Below, in pieces: positions 14,801-26,200 of a DNA stretch of 43,546 nt. The notes beneath the pieces were generated by a model, which was not told the origin of the DNA, made no database searches, and worked only from the letters and a program-made list of their open reading frames with translations. Made by a program: the position numbers and the translations under genes. Position 1 is the stretch's first letter, and each line of letters starts with the position of its first letter. The DNA comes from a virus. Its lineage: Duplodnaviria > Caudoviricetes. The DNA is taken from positions 1-43,546 of the IMG/VR virus record IMGVR_UViG_3300025003_000021, one strand, 5' to 3'.

Positions 14801-17164
14801 AATTGCATCAACCAGCAACCCGCTACGAATCGCGGCTTGCACATCAACAAATTGTTCGGGCGATACCCCGTATGCAAATAGTTGGTCCGACCCTGTTTGC
14901 TTGGCGATGTGGCGAAGTATTGCGGCTTGCCTCCTTTCGCTCATCTGTGATGGGGTAACTTCAGCTATCACCCGTATCCCGGAAGAGCCAGAAACCCCGA
15001 CGATTACGATCTGTCCAGGCGACACTTGAGCCTTCTTTGCCGCGTGCGCCAAATCAATCGGGCTAAGTATCTGCTCATTCAGAAGGGGGTGAGCGAGCTT
15101 CGGATTGGCGATGTCGTACTTGGTAGCTCGTCCAAAGTCAGCAACCTCGACGGATGGCAGCAATTTCAGTTTGCTTCCATTGCGCGCCACGGATACCGTG
15201 GCAAATCTGTTTTGGTTGATGATGACGTGTCCACCGAACTTCTTGCCGGCCTGCATGAATTTTGCGGCGAGCGTTGCCGTTGTGTCTATATCCTGTTGTG
15301 ATGGGGTCGGGTTTCCGTCGGGGTGGTTGTGTAGAATCCATACCGTATCTGCACCTACCCGGCCCATCTGGTCGATGATGTCAGTAAGGTGGGCGGACTG
15401 CTGGACTTCCGTGCCTCCGATTAGGACTTGCGTGCTCCCTGGCTTGCGAGAAGAAATCGCCGTTTGCCCAACGATCGCTCCATCCTTGACAAAGAAGTAT
15501 CGTGCCGTCTCCAGTCGTGGATCACGGTAAATCTGCGCAACGGCTGCTAGGTCGTGGGAGTTCTCGACCTTGCTTCCGACCAACTTAGATACTCCCGATT
15601 TGGAAAAATCTCTGGCAACCCCGTTAGCGATGACGGAAACGGAACGCCATCCAATTTGCATCTCCATAGAGGGACTAAGTGCGCGTCCTTGTATACGTGC
15701 TCCTTCTGCGATACGGAATGATTCTGGAAGTTCATTGAACTCTCTTGCTTCAAGTGCGTAGTCATCGTAGAAGTCTCCGTTTTTATATCCGGCAATTTCA
15801 GGGCTTCCGCTAATCCCAGTACCAATCTTGTCCAGCCGTGGCCCACCATGCGGGAAACCGGGTTCATGCGGCAAGATGTGCGGCGTTCCGTGCTGTACCC
15901 GTTGCAGCATTCCCTTCTCTACGCTCGCATACCCAGGCTTCTTCGCACGCTGTGAGTACAGCCCGGCCCGGTAGATCAGGTACTGCACGTCGTTATCGCT
16001 GATGTCCTTCGCCCAGCCTGCCCGGCGCAGTATCTCGCGCACGGCGCCGACCAGACGGTCCCAGCCGTTCATCTGCTTCGCTGTGCCATTGCCGGCCATA
16101 TCGGCGAGCACTTCGTTGGTAGCCTCCACCACGGATAGGGCCGGCTCCTTTGCCCGGCGCGCATCAACCTTCACCTTCATGCCGCCATTTCGCTTGTAGA
16201 TGTTCAGCATGTGCTCTTCGAGCGCATCGCCGAAGATGCCGGACAAGCCGTAGTGTTGAGCTTCGTGAAGGAATGTTTCCTGCGCATGCCCGGTGTCGCG
16301 GATATGGGAGGCGAACAGGTAGATTTCGCCGTTGTAGAACAGCCCGGCCGCGTCGTTCATGGCGTCGTTTTCTCGCAGCCATTTCTGCACCTCGCGCGTG
16401 GCGTCCTTCGTGTCGGCCAGGACATGCACGGAAGGCATGGTCTGCGCCGCCTTGCGGAATCCGTTGACCACGGCGTTCAGGTCATCGAGAGCGATTCCCC
16501 CGGTACGGTTGCCGCGCGCGAACAGCGGAACGCCACTTGCTTCAACCTTGGCGCGCATCTCCGGCGTGATCTGGAAACCGATCTGCTTACCGCCTTCGGT
16601 ATTGACGGTTGCCACCTTACCAACGCCGAACTTGCGCAGTACTTCGTTGGCTACGGATGGGACGATATGGTCATAGAATGTGCGCATACCGCTGCCGCCG
16701 ACCTTGAGGTCTAGGCCGGAATAAGTGACGTTCTGTTTATCTGCCGCAACCTCTCTGACTATCTTTTCTGCAAGGTCTTTTCCAACCACCTCAGGCAGCG
16801 TTTCTTTAGTTGCGGTATAGGTCCCGATCTGCCCGTTGACACCCTTGGCCGTGATTGAGTAAGTACCATCAGGGCGCATCCCAACATTGACAGAATCGGC
16901 CTGCTTGCTCAAATCATACAAGTCCGCATTCTGCTGCCCTGTGCCAAAGACAATGCCGTCAACGCCTGAGTCGATGGCCAGGCGGATGGCTTGTTTGATT
17001 CCCAGTTCAACCCAGGATTTAGTGTCGGTGACGAAGGGGGCATTCGGAACGCCTAGCACACCCGGCATGAACTCTGCCGCCACGCTGGGCGACATGGATC
17101 GCAGCACATCATCGAACTCAGTTGCGCTGTAGGACTTGCCTTGATAGGTGTAGGTGCAGGTCAT
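11807..17164 (-). CDS. Large polyvalent virion/ejected protein: zincin-like peptidase, RadC/JAB and LPD38-like C-terminal region
   Basis: HEAQHYG, HNHPDGNPTPSQQD, NFNRKG and LFFNANIQG motifs. Start placed at MTCTY (17164) behind a GGAG; the ORF is open from 17224. Confidence 0.85.
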   Translation of the reverse strand: MTCTYTYQGKSYSATEFDDVLRSMSPSVAAEFMPGVLGVPNAPFVTDTKSWVELGIKQAIRLAIDSGVDGIVFGTGQQNADLYDLSKQADSVNVGMRPDGTYSITAKGVNGQIGTYTATKETLPEVVGKDLAEKIVREVAADKQNVTYSGLDLKVGGSGMRTFYDHIVPSVANEVLRKFGVGKVATVNTEGGKQIGFQITPEMRAKVEASGVPLFARGNRTGGIALDDLNAVVNGFRKAAQTMPSVHVLADTKDATREVQKWLRENDAMNDAAGLFYNGEIYLFASHIRDTGHAQETFLHEAQHYGLSGIFGDALEEHMLNIYKRNGGMKVKVDARRAKEPALSVVEATNEVLADMAGNGTAKQMNGWDRLVGAVREILRRAGWAKDISDNDVQYLIYRAGLYSQRAKKPGYASVEKGMLQRVQHGTPHILPHEPGFPHGGPRLDKIGTGISGSPEIAGYKNGDFYDDYALEAREFNELPESFRIAEGARIQGRALSPSMEMQIGWRSVSVIANGVARDFSKSGVSKLVGSKVENSHDLAAVAQIYRDPRLETARYFFVKDGAIVGQTAISSRKPGSTQVLIGGTEVQQSAHLTDIIDQMGRVGADTVWILHNHPDGNPTPSQQDIDTTATLAAKFMQAGKKFGGHVIINQNRFATVSVARNGSKLKLLPSVEVADFGRATKYDIANPKLAHPLLNEQILSPIDLAHAAKKAQVSPGQIVIVGVSGSSGIRVIAEVTPSQMSERRQAAILRHIAKQTGSDQLFAYGVSPEQFVDVQAAIRSGLLVDAIVVSGAFEYSTVGYTGDRASTGYSLGTKEAGYVVSMPTWTNRGGSRQAPLQGIPPKPPMAPPIQPTANLQGGSPRSRANTPIAETTAQKRLRVIQNKFNRFKVLQKWIEDQGIAIPEEADVYLYETTMPGRIAARMQDFRELQMKPLIEKTVAAGIEMEQIATFLKAQHAPEANVRARVLHNDKDKTAYGMTDQESKSIMASLGSLPNFAELKRLANEWRSVTTQSRDILLNSGIIPADLVKSWEDTYSLYIPVKGDEQKTGTGRGLSVAGRQHRRLGHGARDEAIIENIWRDHERAITNDEKNLVGKALVRFALEIANPEIITVGKPVKRQVLAPGATAYMVTYQGHDLDAFDTQDDAKRYVDQQSAHPDRNRPDFVIVKTQDPVRVMLRASPMLEENEVNVYLGGYAVRVQINDEIAARAYKNIGVEHLNAVLSAGREANNWLSKAYTGYSPDFIFTNPIRDAIQGSLTLTGEYGAFIAAKIFMRYPHAVKELFKHFRKRGSSALVSEYRADGGSTGAAYLSDIERIGTDIQASYNEYAGMMDTYGRTYKKEIDAGKSETKARSIAAFRAGMAGFNEIPVIGHFLKLMKRINSITENALRVATYEVLVPIVGRKRAAAQAKNLMNFNRKGEISNQAGAMYLFFNANIQGTEVMYHALFESPHKRQAQALAGMMVLAAIALAELARGSDEDKWKRLPIHVKDGNWVINISDYQFTLPLPYGYRLFHTFGNVIDDYAHGVDGTKLGIRLASAMFDNLSPIGNPFEGEHGLFQLVPTIPKMILGPGVNENSFGGRITPMQYSDSKPDSQLMYRTTKGTLYDDIASTMNQATGGSKYEKGVIDVSPETLKFWVTSLTGGTGKFVLDTANIAKLAAYGELSDEPRDYPIVHRFVRSPGISDSRTAFYEAAKDAKKYADEFANAKNNNDVEAAKEINNPKMRALSAYAEKVQEVIKSKRDEQDRIKNDDSLTLQMKQIKMKAVEIEENAVYDRFLKQFESEQ

Positions 17165-17227
17165 TATGCGAATCTCCAAAGCGTTTTGTTGGCGCGTCGT
17201 TGGATGTAAACGTAGTGCTTCCACATA

Positions 17228-20200
17228 TCAGCAAGCCACCTCAAGAACACCCGTAGCCTTCATTTTATCAATAATCCCCTGGAAGTCCGCATCAACAGCC
17301 GACTTGATTGCATCGCGCTGTTTTTTGTACAATTGCCCAAAGTCACTCTGAATTTCACCAACACGCAAATACCGTTTCCCGTCATCGCCAATTACCTTGT
17401 CGGTGCGGAGGTGGACCAAAACATTCTTCTCGTCCCAGTGGGGTGATCGAAACTGTTTTGCCGGGACACGCGATTCGCGAATTGGCGCACCAAGCTCATC
17501 TAGCTTGTGAATTTCATCCGGGGTTGCATTTCGCATAACGCTTTCGCCATTACCATATTTTTCACGCAATTCGGCCTGATACGCGGTGAACTCTTTGTTG
17601 GCGGCGGGGGGGTCGCGTTGCGGTAACGTCACCAACGTCTCGCGGTAGCTGCCCGGTATGCCGCCCTTGTAGCTGGAGCCCCAGTAGCTTGAGTACTTGT
17701 TGGCGTCTCCTGTTACGCTTATCGTGGCGCGTATCGCTCTTGCGGAAGGGTTGTCGCCATACTCCATCTCGATATCGCCAGCCTCTATGATTCTTGCCTC
17801 TGCCGAGTAAATATCGCCATCTTTAAGAAAAACGATCGCCTCTTTCAGTCTCGCATCGAATTCGTCTGATGATGACTGGACGCTATCTGACAGATTAGTT
17901 TCCTGCTTTATGTTTAACTCGTCTATAGAGTCTCGGATTGCCTCAACCTCGTTGTCGGTGAATTCGTCGCTATCGCCAAAATCTGACAGCGAGTATGGAT
18001 CAACCTCTATTTGCCCATTGCCGTTGTAAGACAACCAAGCGCCGGCCTTTGCTTTTCTTCCATCGTCAAACGTAACTGTCGTATTCACCCAACCACCGTC
18101 TTTGCTCCACCCTTCATGCGTGCCGAAATTGTCTACAGTCACATTTATTCCAACTTTTTTGCTTTCCTTATCACCATTGTCGTCTTCATAATCAATGAAT
18201 TGGTATGTGTCCTTATCGTCTGCGGTTGGCTCTTGCTTTATCTGATATTCGTCTGTGTCTGTCCATCCATCCGCGAAAGTTCCGATGTATTTATCTATTT
18301 CTTCTATTACGCCATTTAAGTCTCCGACACCGACCCTCTCCACCGTATTCACCACCACCCCGTTACCACTCAGGTAGTCGGCAATCTCGGCCTTCGTCAC
18401 CTTGTCCTTGCCACGCAGTTCGAGGTAATCCAGCAGGCCGGACCAGTTCAGTTCATCCAGCTTGATGCCTGATTTTCCGGTGTTGGCCATCAGCCAATTT
18501 TTCACCTGCGTTCCGTTGCTGAATACCTTTGCAGGTGCGCCTTCGATGGCTTGCGATAGCGGGGAGTACCACTTGGCGCGGGATAGCATGGTAGAGCCAA
18601 GATATACATCCTTGGCCTGGACCGTGTTAGCCCCAGCTTTTAGCGCAGCCAGGTCTTTTTGGAACCGTTCCATCGCGCCCGGCACGATCGGCGGTTCGGC
18701 TTGTTTTTGTGTTATTGTTTTGAAGTTTCCAGCCACTTCCGGCGCACGCATGGATACAGGATTGATGGCGGCATCCATGGCGGAAGTACGTGTGTTGACC
18801 GTGTCCGGGTTGGTTACAGCGTTCTGCTCTGCCAAACTTACTGCCCGCGTGCCTTCGGCCTGGCTGCCTTGTCCATCGGTTACATACTCGATTCCGTCAA
18901 GAGTCTTGATGTCGATCATCTCCAACGCAGACTTCACATTTGCGAATGCAGCGCGCGACACCTTGCCGTCCGGCATGGCGATTATGGCACTTTCGGCGCC
19001 AGAGAGGCTGGCTGCTCGCACCAAGCGCATCAGGCGGCCGTCCTTACGCAGCTCGCCCATGTGCCCGGCGTCGAACGGGACGTATGCGGTGATCTGGTTC
19101 TGTGCGTTGGCGAAGACGATGCCGGGGTCGCCCTTCGCTAGTTCAATGACATTGATGGCCGCCTCACTTGGGTTTGTGAGTTTATTACCTACGCTTCCGC
19201 CACTGGCTATCATGCGTTCTACGATAGGCACGCTGAACAAGGGCTTCTGGCTGGCGCTGACATCGCCATTTCTGTAGCTAGTGTCTTCGTAGTGCACCCG
19301 GTCGCCCCGAGTGGCCATCACCAGAAGACCGTGATAGGTAATTCCGCTGCCGCGCATAAGATCATCGAGCCTGGAGGATAAATGTCGGTCTACGCTGGAC
19401 AGTTCCGCGCGACCGGATGGGTGGTTGTGTGCCATCCAGACATGCGCGGCGCCGTGGATGCGCGACAACTCGCCCATAATTGTTCCTGGGTAGACGCTTG
19501 TTTGTGCGGTGGCACCCTTAAACGATCCGATGACGGCCAGCGGGCTTCCCTCATTGTCCGTGACCAGGGCGTCGAAGTGTTCGACAGCGTATTTGGATAG
19601 GTAGGCAAAGACCTGGGCGGCGTCGCCAACCGTGTTGACCTTGTTCAGCGGGAGCGCGCGCTGCCCGACGGTGACAAGTTGGGTGGTGGTGAGGTAGAGG
19701 CCGGGGACTTCGGCGGACTCGCGCACGGATAGGGTGGCGGCGGCGTGTAGGTTCCCGTCTCTGGTGGTCGGCTTCCGTCGTGCAACTTTTCTTTGCAGAT
19801 CGGGTAGAGCAGTTTTTTCATGTCCGAACAGGTCTCCGGTGTGCGGGTCTGATTCATTCACAGCATAGACCGCGCGCTCTTCCTGAGCAACGCCGCCTTG
19901 TACAGGAATGCTGGCCTGGACGCCAATACCCATGATCCGCTTCGCCACGTCGATGTGGTTCTTGGCGTAGAGTGATTCTCCGGCCCGACTGGACAGGTAG
20001 TCTAGGGCTGCGCGTAGCCGTTCGTCGCTGTCGATGTAAGCTTCCATGCGTGCGCCGTGCTTGAAGAACTGCTCTCCCAGGATGTCGGTAAAGGCGACGT
20101 CTGCATACCACTTCCCGCCTCCGCGTTTCGACAGGGTCGTTGTGATAGCGTAGCCACCGCCGTCCGACTGGATGATGAGCGAGTTATCCATGGTGCCGAT

Positions 20201-23200
20201 AGACCCGTTGCGCTGCCCGGAACTTCCAGTTGCATCGGAAAAGAACTGGATCGCCTTGTCGGCTGGGATTAGGACGTCGGAAGATGCCTTAACCTCCTCG
20301 AAGTCGAACTGCCTGGGCATGAAGATACCTTGCGAGGTCGTGCCGTCGCTCTTGGTATAACTTACGACCTGACCAGGATGCTTGGCATAGCCGGCAAGCA
20401 GGTTGCCGGTTATCATCCAGCGGTTCTCGCGCCGGGAGTGGACACCGCTGTCGAACAGTGACATTGCCTCGACGTAGCTTGATTTTCCGGTTTCCGGGTT
20501 GAGATGGTCTACCCGCTGTTCCTTTTCCATCTTGAAGCTGCCGCCGACCTGGGTCAGGCTCAAAGTGAGCTTCTTGGACTCGCCGTTGGCCAGGGCGAAA
20601 ACCATCTTCCATGCCGAGCCGGCAGCCGGGTTCTTAGTCTTCTGGGTGTCAATAACATCGATGATTGCACCGTGCAGGATAATGCCGTCGCGGTTTGTCA
20701 GGCGCACGGTATCCCCGATCACGGCAGAAGAAAGCACGGCGTTGACGTGGTTCTGCATGTTGGCGATCAGGGCTTGTTCGCTTGCGAGTCGCGCTTGGTC
20801 TGCTCCGCCCTCTAGCAAAGTATTGAGCCGTTCCTTTGCGTAATCGGTGATGCGTAGATTCATGCTGGTCCGCATTCCGAACGCAATGGCATCGCCACTA
20901 TCTCCGGCAAGCCGTTCCGAGATCATGTCGCGGATTTCCTTGGACGAGTATGGCTTCACTGTGCGTTTTACACTTACCAACTCCATCGTTGCCGGTTTCG
21001 AGAATACGGAATCGACACCCTTGTCGGCGGTAATCGTCTCGCTTTTCAGTGTTTCCGCGTCAAGGTCGAGCGCCTTCGCCTCCAACTTGTTGGTGCCCAT
21101 ATCGTTTTCACGTTCGATCAGGTCTTTGTATCGCTCAACCAGGTCGGCGTATACCTCTTCCTGCTTGGCGATTGGCAGGATTGGGATGTAACCGGTCATC
21201 TTGCGGATGTCGCTCTCGTTGCCATCCTCCGGGTTTTCCTTTAGGTCTATTACCTCGCTTCCGCCAATCGACTTGTGGACGTCTGGGTTGTCGCGCAGGT
21301 ACTCCATGGCAACCTGCCCGCCATAGTCGTTCATGAAGTCGGTAACCCCATCTGCCATGACGGATGATTTTTTAGATGCCGTAGTGTTGGCGTTCAAGCT
21401 ACCCATTTTTTTCATGAGGATGGCGGCCGGACGCGACTCGGCCGGGATGTTTGCCATCATCTGCGTGTAGGCAGGCTCGATGACCTGGCCGGTACGGTGA
21501 ATTCGTCCCAGCATCTGCATGTGGGTGTCGATGTTAGCCTCTGGCTGCACTAGGACCATGTGGCGCTTGCGTTGGTCCCTGAACTTGCTGGACGCATGCA
21601 GCGATAGACCCGTCGATCCGGACTGGTTGACGATCAGGATGTCGATGTCGCCGCTGTTAAAGCCGTTGATCGCACCCAACCGCTTCTTGATCGTGGCGGC
21701 GCGGCTTCCGAGCCTATGAATGCCATCGGCGCCATAGTCCAGCGTCACTGTGCGCCCGGTTATCTCATCCGTAGTGATTGCTCGCTCCACGCCATCCAGG
21801 CCTTTCGTCTTGGCCTTGCGCAGTTCGGAGTGCATGTAGTCGATCGGGGAGATCGGCGCTGCTCCGAATCCTGAATCTGCGATCTGCTTGCGGATGCCAT
21901 CGTATAGGCCGACCAGGCCTGGGCCAAGGTCTGCGTCGGTAAGGTAATAGGGCACCGATTCCTTGGCACCGGGCGACTTTACCCGCACCCACCGCTGCTT
22001 CTCCAGGTAACGCTGGTACAGGTCTGCGAAGGATAGCGAAACCGGGTCACCGATGGAGATACCCACGTCTTTGGCGTAATCACTCAGGAACGACCCCATC
22101 GTGTTTGCCACGGTGAGAACGACTTTCTCTCCCCGGTTGGATCGCTCAATTGCGTACTTAACAGAATCTACTGCCTTGAGCGACAGCAACATCTGACCGA
22201 TAAGGTTGTGCATTATCGCGCCGAAGTTGGCGCCTGCCACCTGGGTCTTCTCGCCCTCGAACGATACGGCCGCTCCGGAGGCGTCAAGCGATTTCTTCAG
22301 GGCTTTGATTGCCGCTTCCCTTAATCGTGAGAACTTCAGGACGCCGCGCATGGCGCTGGACATATTGTTGGCTGTATCAAGATCAACCTGGGCTGCGCGT
22401 GTGTCGTAGGTCACGCCGGCAAAGGTGCGCTCTCGGCGGATATACTGGCCGTCAATCGTCAGCATGGTTGCGACCGCCTGCTGCATCGGCACCCCGCCGC
22501 GTTTGATGGCTTCTGTCAGTTCGGATGGCTTATCCACCGCCAGCATCATGTTGGTGCTGGAGTACAGGTCCATCGAATCCGGCCGTTTCGCGTAGGTGGC
22601 CGATGAGAAGAAGGTGCCGCCGGAACTGGCAATCAGTTTCCTGGCGAACCCAGAGCGCCCGGTGTGGACGCTTCCTGTTTGCTTCTGTTGTTCGCGCCGA
22701 TCCCTTGATCTGGCCTGCTGACCACCTGCTCCACCAGCCTGATGGCTCTCGTCGAATATAATGAAGTTGCCTTTAGCGAACTGCTCTAGGAATTCCTGGC
22801 GGGTCGTGACTTTCCCATTGACGTTCTGCATCTGAGAATAGGTGGTGAAGATGGCCTTGTATTCCCCGACAGACCCGTCCTGCATCATGTGCGTCATAAC
22901 CGCGTCCAGGGCATTCCCGATCTTTGGTGCCCGCAGGCTGTGCGATTCTTCTACGATCTCGCCATCCCGAGTGCGAGTCAGCGTGTAGGGGATCGGATCG
23001 CCGTCGCGGCGGGTGATGAATATGCCGCTGGCGTCGTGATCCAGCCCGAACGTATCCGCCATGCCGATGTCGTCCAGGTCGCGGATCATGTCGGTGTATA
23101 GGTTTGGCTTGTCGGTTACGAAGATCGGCCGATGTCCGTTCACTAGGGCATAGCGGATCATCGCCGCCACGACCCGACCCTTGCCCACTCCGGTCTGGTC

Positions 23201-26200
23201 CCCAATGATGAAGCCGCTCTCATGCTGTGCGTTGTAGATGCCCATGGCTAAGGCATCTATCTGTTCTGCCGAGAACACGGTCTTGGCGTGTCCAATATCC
23301 ATTTTTAGCGATTCGGCAACATAACTGTCCAGGTTTCCGACGTCGGCCTCTATCCTGCTGATCGCGTCCTGCACGGCATCCCGCATGGCGATCGGGACCA
23401 GGGTTCCGATGGCTGGCGCGGAAGACCTTGGCTCGTAAGTTACCTGGTGCTCGGTTTCTTTCTCCAGCCCGCGTCGGTCTTGTGTCAGTCCAGATTGTGC
23501 GGGTTTTGTTGCGAGGCCGCTAGTTCTACCCACAACTGGAAGTTCGTTTCCTCCATCGCTATCAGGGCGCCGATTTCCTGCGTCGCCGTTCCCACGAACG
23601 GGTCTTGGTCGATGACCGCCAGATTGAACAGGGTTTGCAACTCCAGGTTCCCCTTCAGAATGAACTGGGCGATCTGATCTGGGCTGTCCGGGCTTGGAAC
23701 TTCCAGCAGGTTGCACGCCCATTTCGCCAGAGGCATCTGATCCTCCTCGTACTCCTCCAACAGCAGGTTGACCACCCGATCCTCTAGGGCCGATAGCCAC
23801 ACCCCCTCGCTGATCCTGGTTCCCGGTTTCAGCCATACTGCCGTCAACCCTGTTGGAATCGCCATGCCCTTCGGATACCACGCGATCTCGTTCATTGAGT
23901 AACTCCTTTAGTTCGCCATAGGTCTTGATCTCGGTTGGCAGATCGGCGGCCGGCAATCCGCGCTTGCTCTTGCCGCGCCCATTGATGGTAACCATGTCCA
24001 CCGGGTACTTCGCTCCCTGCTTGGAGTATAGGTCGCCATCAATAGAATAGTGCCCGGTCACGTTGTAGTGCTGGTACAGGAAATAGTAGAACTCGCGCTT
24101 ACTCTTGCCGCGATAGCCGTTACGCCGACCTTCCGGGGTGTTGGCGTTTAGAATTCCGCCTACGATCAGGACCGCCTTGCCGTCGTCAGCCATGGCATCC
24201 AGTGAGTTGAATACGATTGCGTGATCGACCTCGTTGGTTTCGTACCCTGGAAGCGGCTCGTATCGAATCGTCTCGCCATCATCTCCCTTCACTACTCCGA
24301 ATGGCGGGTTCATGATGACAGCCGAGGCACCGCCGTTACCAGGCTTCCATGCGGCGGCGTTGTCGGCGCGGATTGTGGCACCTGCCAGGACTCGCTTCAG
24401 CATGGCGGCACGGCGCTGGTTAAGCTCGTTAGCGATAACATTGCCAGGGACCGCCTCGATCAACAGCACACCGTTGCCAGCGGTGGGCTCGTAGACTACG
24501 GAGTCCCGGCCGATGCCAGCCAGCCGAGAGGCGATAAATGCCATTGGCACTGGGGTCGAGTAGGCCTGCTCGCGGATGCTCTCAGAAGACCGCATACTCA
24601 GATTTGGCTGCGCCTTGTAGAGATTTAGGAGCGAGTCGAAGATGGTCTCGTCGCCGACGCCGTTGTCATGCCCGATCTCTACGATCTTACGCGCCGCCAG
24701 CACCACGCCGGCCTCGATCGTTTCGTCAGCCAACTTGGCGTGCTCGGTGCCTGGCTCTATTTGTTCGCCGGTCAGTTCAGTGATGAACTTTCGTGCTTCC
24801 AAGATGGTGGCGAAGGTGGTTCCGTCCACGAAGGCTTGACTGATCAATCCAGCTACCGCGAAGCGGCCGTCATCCGTTGAAATCGTGTTGGGCTTATTTG
24901 GTGTAGCGGATGTGGCGGAATCATTAGGTGCCGACGGTACGATAGATGGCTTCGCCTTTGGGCGGGTGACGTGCGCCATGCGGATGAAGTAGCCGCCATT
25001 CATTCGCCAAGTGAACTTGTCAACCTCCCGGGCCGATTCCTTTGTCTTGAAGATGGTAGCGATCACCCCCTTGAGGACCTTTCCGTTCTTGGTCGTGTAC
25101 TCGATTTCCGGCGCGGCCGTCACCAGCTTCCGGTTGGAGACGTGCTCGCCCTTATCGTCTTGCACCTCTACCGGTTCAGGATTTGGCTTCACGGCCAGAA
25201 ATTCCGGAGTGGCGTCCGCGCTCACCGGGTCAGAATTAACCAAGGCCGGGAGCACGTCCTTCAATTCCTGGATGCTCATGCTTGGGGAGACAGACTGGAA
25301 TACCTGGGCGCCGAACTTGTCCTCGAAGCCCAACAGGTAGGCTGCCACCGCCTCGTCACCGCTCTTGAATCCGAGCATGACCTTGTGCTCATCGAACTTG
25401 GCATTCGCGTCGTTTGGTTCCGCGTCGACCGGCTGGCGCTGGTTGATGATCCAGGCATTCGTCTCATCAGGATGGGGGCCAACAAATACATCGACATGAT
25501 CGCCGTCGGCGCCTGTACTGCGCTTGATGTAGCCGTAGTTGACGCCATTAGGCATGATGGCCGCCCAGGCGCTCTTGGAGAGGTTTTTGCTGGCCTGGGT
25601 GGCGTCGGCCCAGTTGCCGGCTTTACGGATCATAGAGATCGCCACCATCAGTGCCGTTGGATCGGCTTTTGTCTGGTAGCGGTCGAACGCCATTAGCGCG
25701 GCGGACAGGTCAGACAGTTCGCCGCCCTTTGCTCCGATCTTGGCGGCCTCAATCTGATCGCGTGAAAGGTTGGTACGCGCTGACCCGCTCGGGTTCTCAA
25801 TGGAGAGGTTCAGGCCGTGCAGGGTGATGTGGCCCTTGGCGTAGTTGCCGGCCTCGGCTTGCGCCTGAGTTGGAGCCGGCTTGTCGTTCTGCGGCGAGCT
25901 CGCGGCGTTGTGGGTGGCGGCGTCGATCTTGGCCTGGGTGTCTGCCAGGAGTTCATCAATCGAATCAAACGCCATGGCCTCGCGCTTGTTGCCGCCGATC
26001 TCTTTGGCGACGTTGATGTAGCCGGCCTGGAGGTTGTCAATGGAAAGCTTGTCCGCCACCACATCGCCGGCTAGTTGGCGAATCTGCGCCATGACGTATC
26101 GTGCTGCGTCCTGGAACTTTAGATAGCCCATCTTCGCCGCGACACGGAAGATTTTGGACATGATCGGGATGATCTTGGCCTCTTCCTCTGGGGTCATGTT

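Noticed and set aside
18462-19277. Long + strand ORFs opposite the giant genes (also 24971-25696, 32572-33144, 36559-37425)
   Set aside because: Antisense shadows expected from GC-rich codon bias; no motifs or RBS.
19645-19857. Same-strand alternative-frame ORF in the giant gene
   Set aside because: Pro/Ser-rich junk-like translation overlapping a coding domain boundary, with no RBS.
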